Below are positions 8,115 to 16,560 of a DNA stretch of 18,748 bases, piece by piece. The stretch's first letter is position 1, and the number at the start of each line of letters is the position of its first letter. The position numbers and the translations under genes were made by a program. Below the pieces are notes generated by a model, which had not been told where the DNA came from, did not search any database, and worked only from the letters and a program-made list of their open reading frames with translations. The DNA is taken from assembly GCA_001803635.1 (NCBI GenBank), contig MHDU01000011.1, positions 1-18,748 of the forward strand, written 5' to 3'. The DNA comes from Nitrospirae bacterium GWB2_47_37. Its GTDB lineage: Bacteria; Nitrospirota; Thermodesulfovibrionia; Thermodesulfovibrionales; Dissulfurispiraceae.

Positions 8115-9169
8115 AAAAGCTGCTTACGATAGAAGAAAAATACGAAGAGATAACCAATTCGCTCGTAAATCCGGATGTGTTATCGAATCCCCAATTGTAT
8201 CAGAAATACTCGAAGGAGCAGTCGGATCTTTTTCCCATTGTCGAGAAGATAAAGGAGTATAAGAAGCTTCTTGCCGACCTCGAAGGTGCGGAGGAACTGC
8301 TTAAGGCCGGAGACGGCGATTTAAGGGATCTTGCTCAGGAAGAGATGGAGGAGCTTAAAAAGAGGAAGCCCGTTGTGGAAGACGAATTGAAAATAATGCT
8401 CCTCCCCAAAGATCCGAGGGATGGAAAGAACGTAATCCTCGAAATACGGGCGGGAACAGGGGGCGAAGAGGCCGCCTTGTTCGGCGCGGCCCTTTTCAGG
8501 ATGTATTCGAAATACTCCGAATCTAAAAGATGGAAAATAGATATTATAGATTCAAGCCCGACGGGACTCGGAGGCTTAAAGGAAGTTACGGCTAATATTA
8601 CGGGCAAAGGCGCTTACAGCAGGCTTAAATACGAAAGCGGCGTTCACAGGGTGCAGCGGGTTCCCACGACCGAGGCGTCCGGAAGGATACATACCTCGGC
8701 GGCAACTGTAGCCGTGCTGCCCGAGGCCGAAGAAGTGGACATTAAAATAGAGGAGAAGGATTTGAGGATAGATACCTTCTGCTCTTCGGGCGCAGGCGGG
8801 CAGAGCGTTAATACGACATATTCCGCCGTAAGGATAACTCATATCCCTACAGGGCTTGTCGTTCAGTGTCAGGATGAGCGCTCCCAGTTGAAAAACCGCG
8901 AGAAGGCCATGAAGGTGTTACGTTCGAGGCTTCTGGAACTCGAAATAGAAAAGAAGGAAAAAGAGCGTGCCGCCGACAGGAAGACGCAGGTCGGAAGCGG
9001 GGACAGGAGCGAGAGGATAAGGACTTATAATTATCCGCAGAACCGTATATCCGACCACAGGATAGGGCTTACGCTTCATAAGCTCGAACAGGCACTTGAA
9101 GGGAATCTCGATGAGCTTATCGACGCCTTGATAACCCATTATCAGGCGGAGAGGCTTAAGGAATTGTAA
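8108..9169 (+). CDS. prfA: Peptide chain release factor 1
   Basis: GGQ motif [13 protein letters not shown]1-type tripeptide region [17 protein letters not shown], and full-length similarity to RF1. The ORF track starts at TTG 8099. GTG 8108 is better spaced from AAAGAGG (8091-8097). It overlaps the DUF1385 stop. Confidence 0.9.
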   Translation: MLKKLLTIEEKYEEITNSLVNPDVLSNPQLYQKYSKEQSDLFPIVEKIKEYKKLLADLEGAEELLKAGDGDLRDLAQEEMEELKKRKPVVEDELKIMLLPKDPRDGKNVILEIRAGTGGEEAALFGAALFRMYSKYSESKRWKIDIIDSSPTGLGGLKEVTANITGKGAYSRLKYESGVHRVQRVPTTEASGRIHTSAATVAVLPEAEEVDIKIEEKDLRIDTFCSSGAGGQSVNTTYSAVRITHIPTGLVVQCQDERSQLKNREKAMKVLRSRLLELEIEKKEKERAADRKTQVGSGDRSERIRTYNYPQNRISDHRIGLTLHKLEQALEGNLDELIDALITHYQAERLKEL

Positions 9170-9233
9170 AAATCGTCAATACGGGATCGAATTCTGCTAT
9201 AATATTTACAAAACAGAAAGGGGCGGTACGCAC

Positions 9234-9620
9234 ATAGACAGCAGGACTAAGGCATTAGAGGCGGCGCAGGCAGCGCTCGATAAAAAGGCAAAAGAGACGG
9301 TAATCCTCGAACTGAAAGACCTTACGATAATCGCGGATTATTTCGTTATCTGTTCCGGCGAAAGCACTACGCAGGTCAAGGCAATCGTCGAAAACATAGA
9401 GAAGATATTAAGAGAGCACAAGCAAAGGCCATTAGGGATCGAGGGGCTGAGGTCCGCCGGATGGGTCTTGATGGATTACGGGGATGTGATAGTCCACGTG
9501 TTCGAAGAAGATACGAGGGCGTATTACGAGCTTGAGAAATTCTGGCTGGACGCCCCGAAAATAGCGGTAGAAGACAAGTCCGCTAAGAAGGCCGCGGGAA
9601 GCAAAAAGCAGTATGTATGA
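9234..9620 (+). CDS. rsfS: Ribosomal silencing factor RsfS (iojap family); start codon uncertain and non-canonical
   Basis: This ORF is absent from the ORF track. The frame translates to ...TKALEAAQAALDKKAKETVILELKDLTIIADYFVICSGESTTQVKAIVENIEKILREHKQRPLGIEGLRSAGWVLMDYGDVIVHVFEEDTRAYYELEKFWLDAP, the RsfS pattern. The stop TGA at 9618-9620 overlaps the rlmH ATG. There is no in-frame ATG, GTG or TTG between the prfA stop and the conserved core. ATA 9234 follows RBS AAAGGGG (9217-9223). Confidence 0.7.
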   Translation: MDSRTKALEAAQAALDKKAKETVILELKDLTIIADYFVICSGESTTQVKAIVENIEKILREHKQRPLGIEGLRSAGWVLMDYGDVIVHVFEEDTRAYYELEKFWLDAPKIAVEDKSAKKAAGSKKQYV

Positions 9621-10054
9621 AGGCGCGGATATTATGGGTCGGAAGAACGAAGGAAAAATATTTGACGGAAGGGATTAACCGTTACCTGAAAATGTTAAAG
9701 CATATGGCGAATGTTTCCGTCATAGAGGTGAAGGAAGAGAAGGGCAAGACGAAGGAGAACGCCCTTTTTGCGGAGGGAGAGCGTATATTGCGCCAAACAG
9801 CGTCTTATATCCTGCTCGATGAGACCGGGAAGGAATTCAGTTCTAAGGATTTCGCGAAGTTTCTCGGCGAAAGGGATCAGGTCGATTTTGTGATGGGAGG
9901 CGCGTACGGGGTTTCCTCTGAAGTTAAGGCAAAGGCAACGGGTAAAATAGCGCTCTCGAAAATGACCTTTACCCATGAGATGGCAAGGCTGATATTTTTG
10001 GAGCAGTTTTACCGCGCGATGACAATCGTCAAAGGCAAGGAGTATCATCACTGA
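9617..10054 (+). CDS. rlmH: 23S rRNA (pseudouridine1915-N3)-methyltransferase, SPOUT family
   Basis: About 145 aa. It starts MKARILWVGRTKEKYL and ends GGAYGVS...LSKMTFTHEMARLIFLEQFYRA, the typical RlmH N- and C-terminal patterns. It sits directly after rsfS, as in many bacteria. Confidence 0.8.
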   Translation: MKARILWVGRTKEKYLTEGINRYLKMLKHMANVSVIEVKEEKGKTKENALFAEGERILRQTASYILLDETGKEFSSKDFAKFLGERDQVDFVMGGAYGVSSEVKAKATGKIALSKMTFTHEMARLIFLEQFYRAMTIVKGKEYHH

Positions 10055-11367
10055 TGGGCAAGATAGCGATACTTGTATTTTTGTTGTTCCTCGGAGTCCT
10101 CGGTTTTTTTGCGGTCGAGAACAAAGACGCCGTGATCATGAAAATTCCCTTCGGCGACGCTTATGAGATCCCGAAGATAGCGCTTGTTCTCCTTTCCTCC
10201 ACCATAGGCGCGCTTGCCGTCCTTATCGTGTTTTTTATAAGAGATACGAAACGCGTAATCGAAAATCTCCAGTATCAGAGGAGGCAGAAGAAAGAGGCCA
10301 GGATTCAGGAATTTTATTCCAAGGCGTTGAACGCCATAATGGGCGATAAGGAGGAGGAGGCGCGGGAAGCCCTCGGCGATATATTGAAGGAGGACCCGGA
10401 ATATATAGACGCCCTTTTACGGCTCGGCGACATCTCGCTCAATAACGGAAAATATGAAACCGCGTTCGATTATTACAAAAAGGTGAAGGACATAAACCCG
10501 AAGAATCTACAGGTGCTTTTTTCCATGGAAACAGTGATGGAAAAGCTGCAGAGATACAACGACGCGTTTAATTACCTCGAAGAGATACTCGATCTCGATC
10601 CCGAAAATCTTACCGGGCTCTACAAGAAGCGCTCTCTCCTCGAAAGGAAAGAGATGTGGGACGACCTCCTTTCCACGCAGAAGGCGATAATCAAGCTCGA
10701 ACATAACGAGCACGACAGGCAGCGGGAAGAGCGCAGGATGCTCGGTTATAAATATGAATACGCCCGCGCGAGCCTTGAAAACGGAGATGTTGAAAAGGCG
10801 GAAAAGGCGTTCAGGACAATGCTCAAGATGGACGGTAATTTTGTCCCGGCGCACCTCGGTCTTGCGGAAGTCATACTTATGAAAGGAGAGACCGAGGAGG
10901 CGATAAACTTTCTCGAAAAGGCGTACGAGCAGCTCAGGTCGATAATAATAATCGCTCGCCTTGAAGACCTTCTCATCAACGTAGGAGAACCGGGCAGGCT
11001 TATAAGATTCTATAAAAACGCCATAGCTAAAAATCCTCAGGACAACGGGCTGAGATTTCTCCTCGGCAAGCTCTACTACAGGCTTGAAATGGTCGATGAC
11101 GCCATGGAGATGCTGAATTCAATCGATACCACGGTCTTTTCGGTGCCCGAGCTGTATAGTTTGAAGGGAGAGTTATATATAAAGAGGAGCCAGATACAGA
11201 AGGCGCTGGACGAACTTAAAAAGGCATGCGGCATAAAAAGGCCGTTTAAGATCCAATACTGCTGCTCAAACTGCGGTTTAAAATCCGAAGACTGGTCGGG
11301 AAGGTGTCCCGGATGCACGGAGTGGAATACCTACAGGCTCGACGTTTATGGCTCCTGCAAAGCGTAA
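10054..11367 (+). CDS. lapB: LapB/YciM-like protein: N-terminal TM anchor, TPR repeats, C-terminal rubredoxin-like zinc site
   Basis: N-terminal TM helices, multiple TPR-like repeats (ALNAIMGDKEEEAREAL..., YETAFDYYKKV...), and a C-terminal CCSNCG...RCPGCTEWNTY (CxxC...CxxC) as in LapB. The ATG overlaps the rlmH stop (TGATG). Confidence 0.6.
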   Translation: MGKIAILVFLLFLGVLGFFAVENKDAVIMKIPFGDAYEIPKIALVLLSSTIGALAVLIVFFIRDTKRVIENLQYQRRQKKEARIQEFYSKALNAIMGDKEEEAREALGDILKEDPEYIDALLRLGDISLNNGKYETAFDYYKKVKDINPKNLQVLFSMETVMEKLQRYNDAFNYLEEILDLDPENLTGLYKKRSLLERKEMWDDLLSTQKAIIKLEHNEHDRQREERRMLGYKYEYARASLENGDVEKAEKAFRTMLKMDGNFVPAHLGLAEVILMKGETEEAINFLEKAYEQLRSIIIIARLEDLLINVGEPGRLIRFYKNAIAKNPQDNGLRFLLGKLYYRLEMVDDAMEMLNSIDTTVFSVPELYSLKGELYIKRSQIQKALDELKKACGIKRPFKIQYCCSNCGLKSEDWSGRCPGCTEWNTYRLDVYGSCKA

Positions 11368-12058
11368 AGACAGCGATGAGTTATCAGTGATGAGTGATGA
11401 GTTAAAAAACAAAAAAAAATCAAAGACGAAAAGTAAAAGCTCAAAAGCAAGCACATCACCGTCGTTAAAAGTCGTACTCGATACGAGCCTTTTCGTAAAT
11501 CCGGACGTCAGGACAAGCCTCGGAGCAACCCCCACAGAGGCTTTGGAAACATTCCTTTTTCTGGCGGCGCAGATACATATACTCGAATTCTACATGCCTC
11601 CGTCGATATTCGAAGAACTCCTGCATTTTGTGGAGAGGGACAAGATACCGGCCGATCTCCTTCTTATCTTGCATCAGAAACCGCCTAAAAAACATGAACT
11701 CACGACTCCCGCCTTTCTCTTATACGAATTGATTGAGGACATAAGGGAAAGGGTGAACAAGGGGCTGCGGATAGCAGAAAAGGCCGTAAGGAGTACAGAT
11801 CAAAAAAAGACGGATGAAATCGTTCAGGATATGAGAAGAAAGTACAGGGACGCGCTTAGAGAAGGGATCATCGACAGCAAGGAAGACGTCGATCTCCTGC
11901 TGCTCGCCATGGAACTTGACGCCCTGCTTATCACGGCCGATCAGGGGCTGATAAAGTGGGCCGAAAAATTAGGTGTAAGATGGCTGTTCCCGGAGAAATT
12001 CAAGGAATATTTAATGAGCGCGATAAAAAGAACCGAACTTCTTTCCGCAAAAGAATAA
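11348..12058 (+). CDS. PIN-like HARP family protein (homolog of Aquifex protein-only RNase P) with a Lys/Ser-rich N-terminal extension
   Basis: The core is VVLDTSLFVNPDVR...FYMPPSIFEEL...NKGLRIAEKAV...RRKYRDALREGIIDSKEDVDLLLLAMELDALLITADQGLIKWAEKLG. It closely follows the Aq_880/HARP pattern as I recall it. Residues 1-40 are K/S-rich. An alternative start is the ATG at 11390. Confidence 0.65.
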   Translation: MAPAKRKDSDELSVMSDELKNKKKSKTKSKSSKASTSPSLKVVLDTSLFVNPDVRTSLGATPTEALETFLFLAAQIHILEFYMPPSIFEELLHFVERDKIPADLLLILHQKPPKKHELTTPAFLLYELIEDIRERVNKGLRIAEKAVRSTDQKKTDEIVQDMRRKYRDALREGIIDSKEDVDLLLLAMELDALLITADQGLIKWAEKLGVRWLFPEKFKEYLMSAIKRTELLSAKE

Positions 12059-12076
12059 AGTGTAGAAACAATGTAG

Positions 12077-14302
<2,226 letters not shown>

Positions 14303-14304
14303 CT

Positions 14305-14449
14305 GAAAATTTTTTTAATGTCCTAACCCACAATGAAGGTGTCATTATCGACTGTAGTTTTAGTTTGGCTTAGGCTGGACAAACCCAAGCGTACATTCCT
14401 TCATCATATAGGCGTTTTACAATTAAGGCTCTTTTTGATTTTCGCAAAC
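14305..14449 (-). ncRNA. tracrRNA candidate (model 1): anti-repeat at 14449-14417 followed by about 110 nt of hairpin scaffold running toward the cas9 stop
   Basis: Plus strand 14417-14434 reads TTACAATTAAGGCTCTTT, the reverse complement of repeat segment AAAGAGCCTTAACTGTAA with 17/18 matches. Weaker inverted similarity continues to 14449. The one difference is a G-U wobble only for minus-strand RNAs. Hairpins at 14368-14390 and 14330-14348 also gain G-U pairs only on the minus strand. The ends and the strand are inferred, and no clear promoter or terminator was found. Confidence 0.5.
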
Positions 14450-14538
14450 CCCCTGGGGTTTATTTCAAAAGATGGCTTTTAGAAAATTATTGAAAATTTT
14501 CTCTGAAAACTTCTTGAAAATACTAAGCTATAAGGACG

Positions 14539-14645
14539 GTTTCAATCATCATTTTCAAAGAGCCTTAACTGTAATGTGCTGCCGTCCTGTGAGAGGGCTA
14601 TCTGCGGTAGTTTCAATCATCATTTTCAAAGAGCCTTAACTGTAA
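14539..14645. CRISPR. Minimal CRISPR array: two identical 36-nt repeats and one 35-nt spacer
   Basis: GTTTCAATCATCATTTTCAAAGAGCCTTAACTGTAA occurs at 14539-14574 and again at 14610-14645. The spacer is TGTGCTGCCGTCCTGTGAGAGGGCTATCTGCGGTA (14575-14609). The transcription direction is unresolved; the anti-repeat logic favours minus, while the AT-rich upstream region and the GTTT start favour plus. Confidence 0.85.
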
Positions 14646-14654
14646 CGCTCATAT

Positions 14655-14994
14655 AAGCAAGGTCTGTCCGCCGGAGAGGACGGTGTTTTCTCCATCGGTC
14701 GCGCTACTGAACCAACTGACTGTCAGTTAGACGAAACAATCAGAACAGAGTCCCTGCCGGAAACCGTTTCCGGTCGTCCAGCGAACATTGAGAAAGCTGC
14801 GACGCCAGATGCACCTTCCGGTGGGAAGTCCTCCGCTCAAACGCCTGAAGCGTCTCGCAGCCTTTCTGAAACAAATCAAAAAAGCTGAGACAAGATTCCT
14901 TTAAAATAGAGCATCTCAAAGAAAAGTCCCTGCGAGCAATGCGCTTCTTGAAGGAAGCCCCTCTCTAACGTCCGAAACGCTCAGGGACACTAAA
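14655..14994. ncRNA. GC-rich, densely self-complementary non-coding segment between repeat 2 and a degenerate repeat copy; candidate structured RNA of unknown class
   Basis: No ORF of 60 aa or more on either strand. Helices read by eye are 14664-14683 (6 bp), 14757-14773 (CCGGAAA/TTTCCGG, 7 bp), 14792-14866 (17 Watson-Crick bp in four blocks with an apical CTTCC/GGAAG hairpin) and 14926-14988 (GTCCCTG/CAGGGAC enclosing GCTTC/GAAGC). CTGAGA at 14885-14890 can pair with either TCTCA (14914-14918) or TCTCAG (15000-15005). Confidence 0.4.
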
Positions 14995-15030
14995 ATATAT
15001 CTCAGAATTGTAAAAGAGCCTAAACTATAA
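14995..15030. repeat. Degenerate third copy of the CRISPR repeat (direct orientation), 349 nt from repeat 2 and overlapping the cas1 promoter region; alternative anti-repeat if transcribed from the minus strand
   Basis: ATATATCTCAGAATTGTAAAAGAGCCTAAACTATAA matches the repeat at 25/36 positions by hand alignment. The half at 15013-15030 matches 16/18 and the other half 9/18. TATAAT boxes lie on both strands, at 15026-15031 (+) and 15045-15040 (-). Confidence 0.55.
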
Positions 15031-15081
15031 TATGATTACATTATATGCCTTTAAATTTCAAGAGCTTTAGCGGAGGTGGAT

Positions 15082-16275
15082 ATGCAAAGCAATACTTTTA
15101 AAATTTCACGCATCCATCCTGAATACGTGCCTAAAGAAAAATTGCCTCTTGCCCAATTCAATCTTTTTACAAACGAAGCGGAGAGCATTCCCTTATTGAT
15201 CGACAAAGATGTTGACGACGAGATATTTATCGATGAAGGGATTTCTCTGATAAAAAGCGGCGATTCATCGCAGATAGTGTTATCGGGGTTCGGCATTTTT
15301 TTAAGCAAAAAGAGCGAGCGTCTTATTGTAAAGAAAAACACTAAAGTTGTTTATGAGTTTCCCTTTTTCAGGCTGAACGAAGTCATCATGGCTTCCCGCG
15401 GCATATCGCTGTCGTCGGATCTTATAGAGGAATTGTGCGAGAGGGGTATAAGACTGAATTTTCTGAACAACAACGGCAAGCCGTACGCAATGCTTTCTTC
15501 TCCGATGCTCTCCGCAACCGTCATATCAAGAAGAGAGCAGATTATTGCCTTTACCGATACGCGCGGTCTTCAATTCTCAAAAGCTATTGTGGAGGGCAAA
15601 ATCAGAAATCAAGAAAGACTTTTGAGATATTTCGGCAAATATATTAAAACTGTTGACAGCGCCAGGTTTGACAGAATAGAGGAGATAACAGATGTCATTA
15701 GGAAGATGAGCAGGCAGGTGGAAGGTATTCACGGGCAGAGCATTGAAGATGCAAGAGGCAGACTGATGGCAATTGAAGGCGCTTCAGGTAGGCTATACTG
15801 GGACGGCGTTAAGGAGATAATCGGAAATAGAATAGAGTTTTTCGGGCGGGAAACGCGGGGAGCCATTGATGCCGTAAACTCCCTGCTGAATTACGGCTAT
15901 GGGATTTTATATTCCCACGTCTGGGGCGCCGTTATAAACGCCGGGCTTGAGCCGTTTGCGGGGTTTCTTCATGTGGACAGGCCCGGAAAGCCGTCTCTTG
16001 TTTTGGATTTGGTCGAAGAGTTTCGTCAACCTATTATCGATAGGATTGTAATCGCCCATATTAATCTTGGAGAATCAATCGAAATTAGAAATGGCCTGCT
16101 TGAAGCTGAGACCAGAAAGCTGATAGGGAACAAAATTATTGAAAGGCTGGAGAGTCAGGAAACACTTGACGGCAAAAAATATAAAATTAGGTCGATAATC
16201 CAGATGCAGGCCAGAAATTTAGCGGCCTTTCTGAACGGCAAAAGAGAATACAAAACGTTCAGATTTAAGTGGTAA
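15082..16275 (+). CDS. cas1: CRISPR-associated endonuclease Cas1
   Basis: Canonical C-terminal Cas1 motifs EGASGRLYW, AIDAVNSLLNYGYGILY, GFLHVDRPGKPSLVLDLVEEFR. RBS GGAGG at 15072-15076 favours ATG 15082, although the track starts at GTG 15076. Confidence 0.9.
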   Translation: MQSNTFKISRIHPEYVPKEKLPLAQFNLFTNEAESIPLLIDKDVDDEIFIDEGISLIKSGDSSQIVLSGFGIFLSKKSERLIVKKNTKVVYEFPFFRLNEVIMASRGISLSSDLIEELCERGIRLNFLNNNGKPYAMLSSPMLSATVISRREQIIAFTDTRGLQFSKAIVEGKIRNQERLLRYFGKYIKTVDSARFDRIEEITDVIRKMSRQVEGIHGQSIEDARGRLMAIEGASGRLYWDGVKEIIGNRIEFFGRETRGAIDAVNSLLNYGYGILYSHVWGAVINAGLEPFAGFLHVDRPGKPSLVLDLVEEFRQPIIDRIVIAHINLGESIEIRNGLLEAETRKLIGNKIIERLESQETLDGKKYKIRSIIQMQARNLAAFLNGKREYKTFRFKW

Positions 16276-16278
16276 TTG

Positions 16279-16560
16279 ATGGAAGAACATACAGTCTATA
16301 TTTTTTACGATATAGAAGATGACGGCATACGCAATAAGATTGCGGAGAAGTGTAAAGACTATGGGCTCGAAAGAATACAGTTCAGCGGCTTTTCCGGCAT
16401 TTTAAATAGAAACAAGCGGGAAGAACTATTTCTAAGGCTCATTTCTTTAATTGGCGGCAAATCAGGCAAAATTCTTATGCTTCCCTTATGTGAAAGGGAT
16501 ACGAAGGTAAGAAGGGAGTTTATACAGGAAGGACAAGATGATTCAACTGAGGGTCGGTGA
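16279..16560 (+). CDS. cas2: CRISPR-associated endoribonuclease Cas2
   Basis: About 93 aa. The N-terminal beta strand VYIFYDIEDD carries the conserved Asp, and the ferredoxin-like length is right. It starts 4 nt after the cas1 stop (TTG 16276 or ATG 16279). Confidence 0.8.
   Translation: MEEHTVYIFYDIEDDGIRNKIAEKCKDYGLERIQFSGFSGILNRNKREELFLRLISLIGGKSGKILMLPLCERDTKVRREFIQEGQDDSTEGR

Noticed and set aside
14417-14470. Plus-strand reading of the anti-repeat, ending in the AAACCCC/GGGGTTT hairpin plus ATTT as a terminator (tracrRNA with a 3' anti-repeat)
   Set aside because: It would put the anti-repeat at the 3' end of the RNA, unlike any Cas9 tracrRNA. It turns the one substitution into an A-C mismatch, pairs with the spacer-distal half of a plus-strand crRNA, and sequesters the AAAC end in the hairpin. 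I kept it only as a minor alternative.
14685-14720. Possible degenerate third repeat immediately after a 39-nt pseudo-spacer (GTTTTCTCCATCGGTCGCGCTACTGAACCAACTGAC)
   Set aside because: Only about 12/36 positions match the repeat in hand alignment (GTTT, CATC and a shifted AACTG), which is close to chance. The much better degenerate copy is at 14995-15030.
14811-14830. Minus-strand CACCGGAAGGUG hairpin resembling the SRP RNA domain IV GGAA-tetraloop region
   Set aside because: Only the CCGGAAGG core is shared. The flanking conserved SRP motifs (AGGUCAGG..., ...AGCAGCC) and the overall 4.5S helix are absent.
15051-15341. 96-aa minus-strand ORF overlapping the cas1 start
   Set aside because: It lies antisense to a strongly supported cas1 and has no motifs. 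Any minus-strand transcript from this region is better explained as the non-coding RNA of model 2.
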